DNA of 64,000 nt, taken from the IMG/VR virus record IMGVR_UViG_3300045971_000577, positions 124,001 to 188,000 of that record; one strand, 5' to 3'. Positions 45,898 through 56,710 of the stretch are shown here, in pieces (the first letter of the stretch is position 1; each line of letters starts with the position of its first letter). The position numbers and the translations under genes were made by a program. The notes under the pieces are model-generated. The model saw only the letters and a list, made by a program, of their open reading frames with translations, ran no database searches and had not been told where the DNA came from.

Positions 45898-47067
45898 TCA
45901 CCAACAAATCTTCCATTGTATCGTTGAGCCAGTTGCGGGATTCGTTTGTTGAGAGATGGTGTAGCCTAGCTTCGTGAAATACGTGATTACTGCATTCATC
46001 TGAAGTAGAATAGGCTTATTGATTTGCGTACCTGCCCATACCTGATAATATAGGTTAGGATTTGTTCCAAAGGTATTTGAGGATACTGCAATAGTCACTT
46101 GTGCTGGAGTTGCAGGTGGATTAGGCAATGCAGCGGTAGGAGGATTGAACACTGTTCCTACCGCTGTATTTGTGTAGTTGGATCCATTAGTCAAAACCGC
46201 AATAGATGCAACAGATGTGCCGCTCAGCGTCACTGCTGTTGTTGCGCCCGTTCCCGGGTTAGTTATCACTAAATATGGCGAATTTACAGCATAACCAGCA
46301 CCGGTGTTGACTACAACGACCTGTGTGATTGCACCAGTGTTATCGGTAATCACTGTTCCATAAAATCCAGAACCTGTAGGATATGGCAATGCAGGATTTA
46401 GAGTAGAAACAATTTGTGCAGTGGTAACACTTGATTCGTAACCTGAGCCCGCTACCAACACAGCAACTTCTAGAATCTGTCCAGTTAGGCTTACCGATGC
46501 GATCTTGAATGTAGCAGTTACATATGCCACGTTAGGAAGAATTGCTCTTGTGGCAGTTACAGTATCATCTACAGTATAACCAGTGCCACTATTGACAATA
46601 TTCACACCCACAATAGATCCTGCAGCGTCAACGAACGGACGAAGATCTGCATTTATACCTGCCAACGAACTTACTGATAAGGACGCGGGGATTGGTTGAT
46701 AACCAGATCCGCCATTTGATATTGTAACGCCAAGAATGTTACCGCCGTTTGTAATAACTGATGCTACCGCATCAACTACTGTTGCACCAACTGGCGGTGT
46801 GAACGAAATGGTTGGTGTGTCAACTAGATATCCTGCTCCACCATTGACTACCGTTACAGACGAGACACCAGACACAAATGTCATTGGAGTGATTCCGCCT
46901 ATTGTGGTACACATTTGGCCACCACCTACTTGGCACTGGCTCGATGCTGCAAGAATGCCTTGTTGAAGCATGCAAATTTCTTCCCAAACTACAGGAAGGT
47001 TGGTAGCAAGTTGCTCCATTTGAGCAGCACTTGGAAAACCTGTACCCGGTGTGCAGCAATCAGCCAT
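45898..47067 (-). CDS. virion structural protein with (V/I)xVxNxGxGY beta repeats
   Basis: Repeats VVNGGAGY, ISNGGSGY, VNSGTGY, VAGSGY, VNTGAGY. Confidence 0.7.
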   Translation of the reverse strand: MADCCTPGTGFPSAAQMEQLATNLPVVWEEICMLQQGILAASSQCQVGGGQMCTTIGGITPMTFVSGVSSVTVVNGGAGYLVDTPTISFTPPVGATVVDAVASVITNGGNILGVTISNGGSGYQPIPASLSVSSLAGINADLRPFVDAAGSIVGVNIVNSGTGYTVDDTVTATRAILPNVAYVTATFKIASVSLTGQILEVAVLVAGSGYESSVTTAQIVSTLNPALPYPTGSGFYGTVITDNTGAITQVVVVNTGAGYAVNSPYLVITNPGTGATTAVTLSGTSVASIAVLTNGSNYTNTAVGTVFNPPTAALPNPPATPAQVTIAVSSNTFGTNPNLYYQVWAGTQINKPILLQMNAVITYFTKLGYTISQQTNPATGSTIQWKICW

Positions 47068-47073
47068 TTTCTA

Positions 47074-47442
47074 TCATCCTATTTTCGTGGCCTTAGCAGC
47101 CATATCACTGACTTGTGATGCGCTATCTTCTGCACCGCCACTAGAATCTGTTGGATTAGATCCCTCAGGTGGGGTAAGTTTTATGCTTTGTGGAGTAGCA
47201 TTCAGAACAACAGGATTACGGCTCAGTAAAGGCATAAGGCTATTCACATCAACCGCATAACCCATACCGTGAAGTTGAGTTACGAGTTGTTGCGTTGCAA
47301 CTTCCTGTGCTCCTGCACCTTTTGCGCCTATCAGGATATTACTTAGATCTGATTCTAAGCTCTCCTGATAGTTCTCCTGAATGATTTCTCTTGCTCTCAC
47401 TTTAGCCTCTGGCTTCGCGAAGCTTTCTTGCCTTAGCGACAA
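47074..47442 (-). CDS. hypothetical late protein
   Basis: ORF in a late operon; start probably VRAREII. Confidence 0.55.
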   Translation of the reverse strand: MSLRQESFAKPEAKVRAREIIQENYQESLESDLSNILIGAKGAGAQEVATQQLVTQLHGMGYAVDVNSLMPLLSRNPVVLNATPQSIKLTPPEGSNPTDSSGGAEDSASQVSDMAAKATKIG

Positions 47443-48835
47443 GTCTGTGCATTTCCAACACCTTTTGCTGCAAACGTACAGCTTCGGCCTTCATTGAACG
47501 TCCTAGTGGCTCTTCTGTTTCTGCACCACCGAATTCGTCGTCCATTTCTGGATCTGCGCCAAGGTCATCTTCAATATTGTCGAGATCCAATTCGCTACCT
47601 GCGTCCATTGCTGTAGGATCTTCTGCGCCCATGCCGTCGTCCATACCAATATCTTTGTCCATGTCTGTTGGTGCGTCGAACTGGCCTGTTGCGGCCATGC
47701 TCGAAACTGCATCATCGACCTGACCCTTGGCTGTATAGAGTGCATCCATAACGCTTTGTAGGGCTCCGTAGATTTGTGTCTGGAATGCCGACGCAGATTC
47801 CATACCATATGTTTCGCGCATTTGATCAGTTACGGGAGGAAGGTCTTCGTTTTGCAAACGACCAATCTTTTCAATCATTTCCTGGAGTTCTTGTGCAAAA
47901 CCCTTGGCTGCCATCATAACTTCGGCCTGGCTAACTTCTGTTTCTAGAAGACGGCGAAGATTCTTTACTAGATTCTTGTGTTCTTTCATTTCGTTTCCTT
48001 CTCTAACTCTACGTGGTGAGGGTTTCATAAAATTTGCACCCATCTTATTATGTGGATCGGTGCTGGACTGGTTAGGTGCTGCCACCATACGACCATGTCT
48101 ATCTCTAATCATCGGAACCTGTGAATTCCCGGTATCATACTTTTCTCCGCCTGCCGCGCCACCGATTGATAGTCTCGGGTTATCTAACGCGCTCATTGCA
48201 CGCTTTGCCTGCATAGATTGTGGGAGTTGATCTAGAAAATCATGACGCTTACCAACATGCCCGTATGTATCTTCGTCTACTTCTACTCCGGACATTTGCG
48301 CATCGCCGGCGGCCTCGTTCTCAATATCCTCAATGCTATCTTCCACGATTCCTGCAGAATCTCCGCCCGACTGATCCCTGCTGATTCTAGCCAATGCTTC
48401 GCTACGAACCTTTTGTGAAATCATTTCGTCCGGGAAACGGAATTCCGATGAACGATATGCATCCATTGCATTTTCCATTGCTCTGTCAAAATTGGCCTGT
48501 GACACACCACTGCGTTCGAATGATTTGACGACATAATCTACGAGGTCAGAAATAACAGGACCTAATTTAGGCGACTGAAATGTCATCATCGAATATTCTT
48601 TGAGTGCTTGTAATCCTTCGAGTACAAGAAGCCTCTTTGAAATCTCTGAAGAGCTCTTAGCATCGTCGCCCTTCAGCTTCAAGTCAGTAACTTCTTCTTC
48701 GATCTGTTCCATAATAGAAACCAGATCCTTGTCGCTAACATCTTCGGCGATTTTGAATCCGTAGTTAGTTTCGAGGTGCTGATTTATCTTTCTAAATGTG
48801 GCATCTGGTGCATTGCCGATATCGTTCAAAAGCAT
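47402..48835 (-). CDS. acidic coiled-coil protein, probable prohead core / scaffold-like
   Basis: Late promoter; helical LLETEVSQAEV... domain; D/E-rich tail. Confidence 0.5.
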   Translation of the reverse strand: MLLNDIGNAPDATFRKINQHLETNYGFKIAEDVSDKDLVSIMEQIEEEVTDLKLKGDDAKSSSEISKRLLVLEGLQALKEYSMMTFQSPKLGPVISDLVDYVVKSFERSGVSQANFDRAMENAMDAYRSSEFRFPDEMISQKVRSEALARISRDQSGGDSAGIVEDSIEDIENEAAGDAQMSGVEVDEDTYGHVGKRHDFLDQLPQSMQAKRAMSALDNPRLSIGGAAGGEKYDTGNSQVPMIRDRHGRMVAAPNQSSTDPHNKMGANFMKPSPRRVREGNEMKEHKNLVKNLRRLLETEVSQAEVMMAAKGFAQELQEMIEKIGRLQNEDLPPVTDQMRETYGMESASAFQTQIYGALQSVMDALYTAKGQVDDAVSSMAATGQFDAPTDMDKDIGMDDGMGAEDPTAMDAGSELDLDNIEDDLGADPEMDDEFGGAETEEPLGRSMKAEAVRLQQKVLEMHRLVAKARKLREARG

Positions 48836-48885
48836 ATAAACAGTTCCTGTATAGTTGTATTTCTAGTATTTATCATTATGTAATG

Positions 48886-49335
48886 CTATCGTACTCTTTT
48901 GAAAAGTGAGATGCAATCACGGGTCGCCTTTGCAAGCAACTCGGTTACTTGAAATTTATCTTCAAGTATGCACATTCTTTCGAAGTCGTTACGCTTTTTT
49001 GCACCACGATAACCGTGTAGGTAATGTGTCATATCGTTATGATATTTAGAAAATCTTTCTTCCAGATAGAGTACTTTCTTTACTGTCGAATGTTCGCCGT
49101 TGGAGTGCCGTTGAGCGATAATGACAGCAACATCGAAAACAAATATATCTTGATATAAAACTTTCCTATCAATACTTAAAACATTGTAAAACCCACTTGC
49201 ATTCTTTTCAACAAGTGTTGTTCCAATTAACACAGCCTTCTTCGAAACAGATATAGGCATACCTCGCTGAATTGCAAATTCGGCTGCGCGGTCGGTTGCT
49301 TTATCTAAGGTGTCAATGACTGCTGTTCTATCCAT
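48886..49335 (-). CDS. hypothetical protein
   Basis: ORF in operon. Confidence 0.55.
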   Translation of the reverse strand: MDRTAVIDTLDKATDRAAEFAIQRGMPISVSKKAVLIGTTLVEKNASGFYNVLSIDRKVLYQDIFVFDVAVIIAQRHSNGEHSTVKKVLYLEERFSKYHNDMTHYLHGYRGAKKRNDFERMCILEDKFQVTELLAKATRDCISLFKRVR

Positions 49336-50081
49336 TAGCGTCTCTTTCTTCCGTTGTTGATTCTTCCTGCAGATTTTTTACCACTTGCTGCAAGATTAGC
49401 AGATAATGCACCGCTGGCTTGAGCAGGCTTTGTATCTCCAACTACAGTCTTTGCAACTGTAGGAGTATATTCTTTCTTCATTGCAGCTTCGTCAGTTTCC
49501 TGTCTACGCTTTACTTTACCCATTGCGGCTGGAGCAATAGCAATAGATCCTGCACTGGATGCGCCGCAGCTTGCATCTTCTCTAATGCCAGCTAGCTCTT
49601 TCAATCTCATTAGTTGTTTATCTTCTTGAGTTTGAATATTCTGTTGTGGCTGGGTTTGTCCTTGCTGTTGTGGCTGGCCAGATTGACCTTGTTGTGTTGC
49701 GAAAGGTTCCAGCGCATCATTGTTCTGCCATTCTTCTTGACCTGTCGTAGGGTTCTTTACTTTTACACCATTCGACGACATATCTACTTGAGTTACTTCG
49801 CCTGGAACTGGTAATCCATTTGGACCTTTTAGTCCTACGGTCATTCCCATTTCGATAGGGGCACCTTTACCTGGCCAAATTGCTTTCATGTTTGATCCAG
49901 GAGCAGTTCCTTTCTGAACTGCGGGGCTACCTGCACCGCTGGCGCTAGGACCTACAGTCTGCCCGGATGGAGGAGTAATCATTGCCGATGCTTCGGCAAC
50001 ATATTCCATAAATGACTTATCTTTTGTATCATCAATCAACAATGATACAATAGTATTCATTGATTCGTGCATTTTACTCAT
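49335..50081 (-). CDS. hypothetical virion-associated protein
   Basis: RLKELAGI and EDASCGASSAGSIA low-complexity motifs. Confidence 0.55.
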   Translation of the reverse strand: MSKMHESMNTIVSLLIDDTKDKSFMEYVAEASAMITPPSGQTVGPSASGAGSPAVQKGTAPGSNMKAIWPGKGAPIEMGMTVGLKGPNGLPVPGEVTQVDMSSNGVKVKNPTTGQEEWQNNDALEPFATQQGQSGQPQQQGQTQPQQNIQTQEDKQLMRLKELAGIREDASCGASSAGSIAIAPAAMGKVKRRQETDEAAMKKEYTPTVAKTVVGDTKPAQASGALSANLAASGKKSAGRINNGRKRR

Positions 50082-50578
50082 ATGGACTCCAACCTAGCAA
50101 AAGAAACATTCTGTGCCCAACCTGTAGGGCTACCTGTAACAGTGGTGATTCTTACTCCGCTAGGTAATATTACACCGTTTAGATCATTGATCAGCAATCC
50201 AACCGGGCCGGGGATTCCATAAGGAGTAAAATTGAAAAATTGAACTCCACGTTCAACTGCAAACTTCCAAACAAATCCTTCACCGGATAAGTCTAGTGTA
50301 TAATCAGCCAACTGCAATACTGCTGCTGGATTAGACAGCACTGTAGGCATTGCACGCAATCCTATGCTCATTAGCAATACTTCGAAATTCTTTTGACTTT
50401 CGTCCAATGGATTTCCTGTAACTTGAATGTTTACAAGTCGAGGAAGTTCTTCGTTTGCAGGAGGATTAGGATTAGGATCAGTAAACGCACCAGGAGAGGA
50501 TGCATAGCAGACATAATATTGAAGGTCTGCTGTTAGATTTTGCATCGATGTCGCTGCACCGTGTATTTTTTGTACCAT
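50078..50578 (-). CDS. structural paralog 4
   Basis: MVQKIHGA....QNLTADLQYY. Confidence 0.6.
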   Translation of the reverse strand: MVQKIHGAATSMQNLTADLQYYVCYASSPGAFTDPNPNPPANEELPRLVNIQVTGNPLDESQKNFEVLLMSIGLRAMPTVLSNPAAVLQLADYTLDLSGEGFVWKFAVERGVQFFNFTPYGIPGPVGLLINDLNGVILPSGVRITTVTGSPTGWAQNVSFARLESI

Positions 50579-50596
50579 GCTCTATTTACCTGGGTT

Positions 50597-51523
50597 TTAT
50601 AAGTTTACAGAACCAATCTGGAGGTTCCACGACGACGAGCCGTCAAACACAAGAATAATTTCCTGGGTTGCGTCGAATTCAACAGAGTCAGTATTTCCTA
50701 AGTCAGTTGCAATGATGTCAGCCAATGAATTTACATTCACAAAGATAATCGAATTGGTTGGCTTAGCAATGATAATTGATGTACCGGCTGGCTTTCCAGA
50801 ACCTGTAGCTGGTGGTAATGTAACTATACCGGATGCTGTTACAAAATATCTCGTGCTGTATGATAATGTAGTTCCTGGTGGAACTGGAATATAATCAGTG
50901 CCGGCTGTAGAAGAAATTGTTACAGACTTTGCAGATGCATTGGTTGTAACAACAATATTGGTACCGCCGATAACAGTAAGCGTATCATTTGTGCCGGAGT
51001 CTATTGTTGGCTGTGATGGAGATGCTACATGAGCGAAAGACGACACAACGGGGATTGGTGTAAAAATCAATCCTGTTGCACCCGGGCTTACTGTTACAGC
51101 ATATCCTGCAGATCCTGCATAGGTACTCGGAGTATCGTTTAGCTGTAGGAAACTTGTTGCGCCTGGGCCGCCACCTAAATCCCAAATATATGGAACTTCA
51201 GTAACTGTGCAAACAGAGCAATCGATATGGTCGACGCCGACATCAGGTCCCAGTGATCTAACCATTTCAGTTAGCTTAGGACCATCCCAGTCTGATCTGT
51301 TTATTTCTAATGCAAATGAAATGTTATACTCATTCGGATTCATAATGTTTATGTAACCGAATCTAGAAATGTTTGTGAAGATGATTTCTGCTGCCGAAAA
51401 TGGCACTGGTTGTCCAAACATATTCATAGCACCGCTGAAATCGGCACCTTCAAGGACGAAGTGTCGCAACGAACCGGTAAGCATCTGCTCGTTGAATACT
51501 CCACCATTTGTTCTAACTGCCAT
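50597..51523 (-). CDS. structural paralog 3 with a C-terminal fibre-like extension
   Basis: MAVRTNGG...QMLTGSLRHF; FLQLNDTPSTYAG. Confidence 0.6.
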   Translation of the reverse strand: MAVRTNGGVFNEQMLTGSLRHFVLEGADFSGAMNMFGQPVPFSAAEIIFTNISRFGYINIMNPNEYNISFALEINRSDWDGPKLTEMVRSLGPDVGVDHIDCSVCTVTEVPYIWDLGGGPGATSFLQLNDTPSTYAGSAGYAVTVSPGATGLIFTPIPVVSSFAHVASPSQPTIDSGTNDTLTVIGGTNIVVTTNASAKSVTISSTAGTDYIPVPPGTTLSYSTRYFVTASGIVTLPPATGSGKPAGTSIIIAKPTNSIIFVNVNSLADIIATDLGNTDSVEFDATQEIILVFDGSSSWNLQIGSVNL

Positions 51524-51575
51524 ATTACAATCCTCGATATTTCGTATATTTATCAATAAACTCAAATCGTTGGAC

Positions 51576-51602
51576 AAAAGAAAAAGCACCCGCGAGGGGT
51601 GC
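51576..51602 (-). terminator. intrinsic terminator
   Basis: GCACCC-CTCGC-GGGTGC-TTTTT. Confidence 0.7.
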
Positions 51603-51622
51603 CATTTCCTATTTGAACATTC

Positions 51623-52129
51623 TTATGCTAGCTTGAATGGAACTTCAGTTACCGTAACTGCTGCGAAGTTGGCAACGGCTGTCACAGGTAACGTTGCAGG
51701 GTTTGCTGCACCGACAGTTACATAAACTGTTGCGTTTGGAAGTGCGCGAACTGCAAGCTGCATCGCTGGTGCCGCGGTGGCTGGATCTTCTGGGAACACA
51801 TCTGCATTCCATCCAAATGCCGATGCTGAGCAAGCAAAGTGAATTTCTGTAGTGCCACCGTACAATGCTGGTTGGCAGCTAATGATAACGATATCTGCCT
51901 TCTTGGCGATTTCGTTTAATGCCAATGCTGCGGCGCTGTCTGGTACAGGTCTGTCATTACCAACAACGAAATATGTTGTTGCTGTAACTGCACCACCGGT
52001 GACTTGAACTGGCAAGTTTACCGAACCATTCGAAACTGTCCATGCAAATGGTCCAGTCATCTTGAAATATCTTAGGCTACCTGTCAATGTCTGACTATTG
52101 ATGATACCACCGTTGACCTTGATTGTCAT
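51623..52129 (-). CDS. structural paralog 2
   Basis: MTIKVNGG...QTLTGSLRYF. Confidence 0.6.
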   Translation of the reverse strand: MTIKVNGGIINSQTLTGSLRYFKMTGPFAWTVSNGSVNLPVQVTGGAVTATTYFVVGNDRPVPDSAAALALNEIAKKADIVIISCQPALYGGTTEIHFACSASAFGWNADVFPEDPATAAPAMQLAVRALPNATVYVTVGAANPATLPVTAVANFAAVTVTEVPFKLA

Positions 52130-52185
52130 GTTTGTAATCTCCTACAAGTTGTAGTATTTATCATTGTCCAGATATTTTGGCCAAC

Positions 52186-52208
52186 AAAAAACCGCCAGGA
52201 GGCGGTTT
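52186..52208 (-). terminator. intrinsic terminator
   Basis: AAACCGCC-TCCT-GGCGGTTTTTT. Confidence 0.8.
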
Positions 52209-52231
52209 CGTGTGGATTACTAATCTGTGGA

Positions 52232-52813
52232 TTAGATTGTGCCTGGGTAGTAGCCTGGTGTACCAGTTGCACTGTTGTATGGGAATGCACCAGATGTTGC
52301 ACCAATACCGAGTGACAGTGTACCGTTTGCTAGTGTACCAACAGTCATTGTGCCGTTGAATGCTGCAAATTCGATGTCGAATGTAACTGCGGCTGTGTCA
52401 ACCGAAACAAGTGCGCCAAGAACATTTGTTGGTGCTGCACCAGCTGTTGTTACAACTGCTTGTGCGCTTGGAACTGGAACTGCTGCAACGATCAAGCCAG
52501 CTGCGTCCGAGAACCATCCTTCTGCGTTACCGAGCATAACGTCAACGCTGAATGCTGTTGCGTCGTATGTCGAAACTGCAAGAACTGTTGCCTTTGTTTC
52601 GAGTGTCTTGAGAGCTTGAACAACTGCCGACTCGACTACGCCGAACACGGAAGCTGCAACTGTACCAGCACCAGCAGCGGTCGATGTACCAAGAACCTTA
52701 AGGTCAGCTGTTAGAAGAGCTGCGATGTCCTTGCTGAATGTTAGCTTTACGAATGCAACCTTACGCTCGACCCATACGCCAGGATATGCTGCGCCATTTA
52801 CTTTTACTGTCAT
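52232..52813 (-). CDS. structural paralog 1 (Ala/Val/Thr-rich)
   Basis: MTVKVNGA; own late promoter and terminator. Confidence 0.6.
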   Translation of the reverse strand: MTVKVNGAAYPGVWVERKVAFVKLTFSKDIAALLTADLKVLGTSTAAGAGTVAASVFGVVESAVVQALKTLETKATVLAVSTYDATAFSVDVMLGNAEGWFSDAAGLIVAAVPVPSAQAVVTTAGAAPTNVLGALVSVDTAAVTFDIEFAAFNGTMTVGTLANGTLSLGIGATSGAFPYNSATGTPGYYPGTI

Positions 52814-52858
52814 GATAAAATTTCCTTATGTTGTTTCGCAGATGATATCTGCATAAAC

Positions 52859-53740
52859 TTATTTATCATTTGACAGAAAATACCGACTTATTTCGATCGG
52901 ATAGTAAAAGTTTCTTCCGGGCGGCCATTCATAAAAGTTAGAAGCTATACGCTTGTATACTCGTTCCTTTTCAACTAATCCACAATATTTATCGACTGCC
53001 GCAAGGATTGTTTCGAGACTCTCTAAATCTTCCTCGGTAGCATTTTCGTCCCGGAACAATAGTTCGGCGATTGAATCCGGATCAAAGTATGGTCCGTCGA
53101 GCACAGTATCCTGCTGCTTTTTTAGCCAATCACCGGAACGAGGATCCTGCAGACTGCGCCTCATTACACGCTTGAAACCAGCAGATCCAAAAATCCAACG
53201 AATGAGTTGAATTGGACGATTCTGAGCATCACGCGCTGGTGCTTCAAAGATACCAACGACCGCAGAAATAGCAGCAATGGCTAAGTTTCGATGAGCTCCT
53301 TTATAACCAGACTGTTCACCAGGACTGTAGTGATAGAACTTTTGCCAGTCGGGATCGCCGAAGTTGAAATCGATCTGAACAAAGCCGGTTCGTGGTTGCG
53401 CCTCTTGTAGTTCTTCCTTGTACGTGACAATGGGATACTTGAGATGCAACATGTCGCCGTTTCGTGCAACATTTTCTTTACCAAATGCTTCTTCGAGATT
53501 TTCTCTGAATGCAGTTACACCATGACCCCACCATTTATCATCGATAACAAGATCGATGTCGCCGGAATAGTTCCGCTTACCTGTCGATCCGATTATGTAA
53601 TCGTTTAGATCGAATGGAAATTCAAGATCGTATGACAGCTTAGTAAGGGTAGGCCCGATTTCTTGCTGATGGATAGTTCCGCACCCAGGAACGGCAGCGC
53701 CCCCTTGGTCAGTGGGGGTAACAATGTATTTCAGTTCCAT
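52859..53740 (-). CDS. Pol-beta superfamily nucleotidyltransferase-like protein
   Basis: IGSTGK...SGDIDLVI (GS and DxD) plus third acidic residue in VQIDF. Confidence 0.7.
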   Translation of the reverse strand: MELKYIVTPTDQGGAAVPGCGTIHQQEIGPTLTKLSYDLEFPFDLNDYIIGSTGKRNYSGDIDLVIDDKWWGHGVTAFRENLEEAFGKENVARNGDMLHLKYPIVTYKEELQEAQPRTGFVQIDFNFGDPDWQKFYHYSPGEQSGYKGAHRNLAIAAISAVVGIFEAPARDAQNRPIQLIRWIFGSAGFKRVMRRSLQDPRSGDWLKKQQDTVLDGPYFDPDSIAELLFRDENATEEDLESLETILAAVDKYCGLVEKERVYKRIASNFYEWPPGRNFYYPIEISRYFLSNDK

Positions 53741-53958
53741 TATTGTATTAGGTCGTTTAGACTTAGGTCGATTTCGGATAGGAGTCGATCGTAATGCTTA
53801 CGGTGCTTCAATCCCTTTTTCCAAGACTGAATAACTCGATTCTTGATGCGTGTTACGTTTATATCCTGATTGGCATGAGCCTTAAGGTGACGAAGGAGTT
53901 TGATGTACTGGTTTGCCTTTAGTACGTCGTTTAATGTTACTATCTCATCTATTCTCAT
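53740..53958 (-). CDS. small hypothetical protein
   Basis: Start MRIDEIV; coupled to neighbours. Confidence 0.55.
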   Translation of the reverse strand: MRIDEIVTLNDVLKANQYIKLLRHLKAHANQDINVTRIKNRVIQSWKKGLKHRKHYDRLLSEIDLSLNDLIQ

Positions 53959-55388
53959 GTCAAATCGCCTAGCTGCTTTCCCACAAGTATTTGAAGCAAG
54001 TCTTCGGCTAACACAGCTTCCTTAGTATATGTGATATAAGCCGAGATTCGTTCAAATAATGAGGCAAATGTTTCTTTCGTTCTGCGGTCAATATCTGAGT
54101 TGCCGTAGCTGACAATCGGCGCGCGATGCGGAGTGTCTTCCGATATTGACAAAACTTTCGTAAACCTGTCTTCTTCATATTTATCGAGGATGCGGCAAAG
54201 ATCCGCTTCCTTTCTCTCTAGGAGATTTAACCAGTATTCCTTTACCGCTTCGACATCGGTACCTTCTGATAATACAGCAAGTCGTTCTTCTGTAGAATTT
54301 CCTGCCTTTCTGAGATAATTTTTGGCTTGCATTGTACCAAGTGCAGGATGGCCAAACGCTATTGCCATTTCAACATGCATCTTACCTAAGAAGCTAGATG
54401 CAGTTTCTGTGCTTTTAGCACCTTCGGTAAGTGTGTTGCGAACATCCCACGCAAATTCACGTATGGTCCCGAACACAGTCTTATCGACTAGCTTTACTGT
54501 AGTTCCATTCTTATGCTTTAGCACAACACCTTCAATCCACCCGCCATCTTCGTGTAGTGGACCGAAAGCACTTGCACGATGTCGCACAATGGTATTGAGT
54601 AGGATAGTCTTAATGTTCATCTGTTGTTCTTTTACAGCAGTACGAATAGACTCCTTGGTTTCCTTAACTAGGTCTTTGTAAATCTTCCAATCAGCAGCTT
54701 CGCACCACAATGGGCACTTGTTCAATGGTGTGGATTCGATTACACTGTGTGACATTCCCTTGATTCCGGAATCTGCATTCAGGTAAGTAGTCAAAGCTAG
54801 AGTTGGCGCACTGAGTATTTTCTTCAATGCTTTTGTATCTATTGTGATTTGCGGAACTCGTGCAAATTCCCAAATATCAGTATCCTCAACAATAAGGATT
54901 GTTTTTCCGTTATCTGTCACGGGACGATCAACGCAAATAGTGAAAGATTTTCCACCAAGGTGTTCCTTTAGTGAATCTATACCTATGTTGCCCGCAGTAG
55001 TGCGTAGAAAGATAAGTCTATTTGTGTCCGGGGAATAAGGAACCACATTAGGAAGCTCGCCGAACAATACTTCAGCCTCTACCTGATCTCCTTTACGCAT
55101 ACCCGCTTCTTTTAGCGAAGGTAGCACCCTCTTTAGTAATAAATGCACTGACCGCATATGGGTATTTGAGAATCCAATAGGATAATCGGATGCTTCGTAC
55201 ATCCTTATACCACCCTTCGTTTCTCTGGAGGTATAGAAACCCTTTTCGTCAATGCCAAAGAGAATTTGGGCGCCGTCTACTTTTTCTGTTATTTCGTATT
55301 CTTCGAGCTTCTTGACTAGACTTACAAATTCTATTGGCGGTAAATCTTCAATGTGTGTAATGCTGCTCGATATCTCGATAATGTTCAT
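53955..55388 (-). CDS. ATP-dependent ligase-like nucleotidyltransferase
   Basis: ITHIEDL, TEKVDG (motif I), EAEVL, IEGVVL (motif IV), VKLVDK (motif V). Confidence 0.65.
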   Translation of the reverse strand: MNIIEISSSITHIEDLPPIEFVSLVKKLEEYEITEKVDGAQILFGIDEKGFYTSRETKGGIRMYEASDYPIGFSNTHMRSVHLLLKRVLPSLKEAGMRKGDQVEAEVLFGELPNVVPYSPDTNRLIFLRTTAGNIGIDSLKEHLGGKSFTICVDRPVTDNGKTILIVEDTDIWEFARVPQITIDTKALKKILSAPTLALTTYLNADSGIKGMSHSVIESTPLNKCPLWCEAADWKIYKDLVKETKESIRTAVKEQQMNIKTILLNTIVRHRASAFGPLHEDGGWIEGVVLKHKNGTTVKLVDKTVFGTIREFAWDVRNTLTEGAKSTETASSFLGKMHVEMAIAFGHPALGTMQAKNYLRKAGNSTEERLAVLSEGTDVEAVKEYWLNLLERKEADLCRILDKYEEDRFTKVLSISEDTPHRAPIVSYGNSDIDRRTKETFASLFERISAYITYTKEAVLAEDLLQILVGKQLGDLT

Positions 55389-56710
55389 TTTTTAATGCGG
55401 CCAAGGTGTGTCTGTTGAAACTGTCGTGCTAATATTGGTTGATCTGAACGTTCTTCATTAACTATAGCGGTGAATATATCTCGTACTTCTTCTGCCACGG
55501 CTTTTCTTTTGAAAAGGCTACCTATTTTATTTCCCACCCTATGTGATATGGATGAAGATTTAGTATCATTGCCGGCATCTAATCCCAGTTCTTTGCTGAA
55601 TTCTCTTTGCATGAATGCGATAATCTCATTATCTATTCCGTTCTTCTTCGAATATTCAGCAAATCGCTGTATTGCAGCACTCTGCGCCGGTTCTTCGGGT
55701 TGGCCGCCGCTGCCTCTGCCAAACACCTGTGCAAACACCTTATCTATTTCAGCACTACTATAGCCAAACTTGCGTGACAGTATATACTTTATGTCTCGTG
55801 TGTCATCCGAATACTGCGGTATACCGTTCTCTGTATCGCCGTCTGCCCACGCTTTCTGCAAATCGCTTATATTGATTTTATCTTTTCTGAGGCCTGGCAA
55901 CTTTCCGAGTATGGATGGATTGGCCCGGAGATCCGACACTCCCTTCAGCACAGCTTTCACGTCAGGTGTGTTTATTTGAGATTCAGCAACCTGCTCCCTA
56001 CCATCTTGTAACGCACGCCATAACATTTTACGTTGCGATGGTGACATGGTATCACGGATGATACGCATCATTTTTTTGATGTCTTCCTGCTTCCTAGCAG
56101 GATCTTCTGGTGTCTTTTCGGCAGGTTGTTGACCTTGCCGTGATTTCTCCTTGCCAGTACTTTTTACACTGGATTCCGGTTCAACAGAACTAAGCATAGT
56201 GAATACTGCTTCTACATCTGCCTCACTAAACTGCTGACCTGTTGTGTCCTTGATTGCTTCTTTGATTTCTCTGAAATTAACATCTTCGGCATCATCCTTG
56301 CTATATTTAGACTTGGAAGGAGGTGTTTCGCGACTCGCTGCCGGCGGAAGGCTTTTTATATCGGTGTGACGTAGATCACCGGGCTGCATATTAGTCTGCT
56401 GCCAAGTGGATAACTCTCTGCCGGGTTCTTTGGGTGTAGGATTATTTTGCAGCCTGCCTGCCTGATTTTTACTGGCACCTTTTGCCATTACCATCTTTAT
56501 AGCATTATTGACTTGTTCTTCGGAATATTCTGTGCGATTCAGAAGAAATTTAGTGATGTCGGTAGTTGTGATTTCCCTTTTGTAATCCAGATCACCGGTA
56601 GCTGGATCAGATTTCATACCTATTATTTGATTATTTTTCAGGTACTGAATCCATTTTGCTGTTAGCTTATCTTTACTTACTGTCATGGTCTTCTTCGTCT
56701 CCATTACCAT
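55385..56710 (-). CDS. hypothetical late protein
   Basis: 441-aa ORF in a late operon. Confidence 0.6.
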   Translation of the reverse strand: MVMETKKTMTVSKDKLTAKWIQYLKNNQIIGMKSDPATGDLDYKREITTTDITKFLLNRTEYSEEQVNNAIKMVMAKGASKNQAGRLQNNPTPKEPGRELSTWQQTNMQPGDLRHTDIKSLPPAASRETPPSKSKYSKDDAEDVNFREIKEAIKDTTGQQFSEADVEAVFTMLSSVEPESSVKSTGKEKSRQGQQPAEKTPEDPARKQEDIKKMMRIIRDTMSPSQRKMLWRALQDGREQVAESQINTPDVKAVLKGVSDLRANPSILGKLPGLRKDKINISDLQKAWADGDTENGIPQYSDDTRDIKYILSRKFGYSSAEIDKVFAQVFGRGSGGQPEEPAQSAAIQRFAEYSKKNGIDNEIIAFMQREFSKELGLDAGNDTKSSSISHRVGNKIGSLFKRKAVAEEVRDIFTAIVNEERSDQPILARQFQQTHLGRIKK

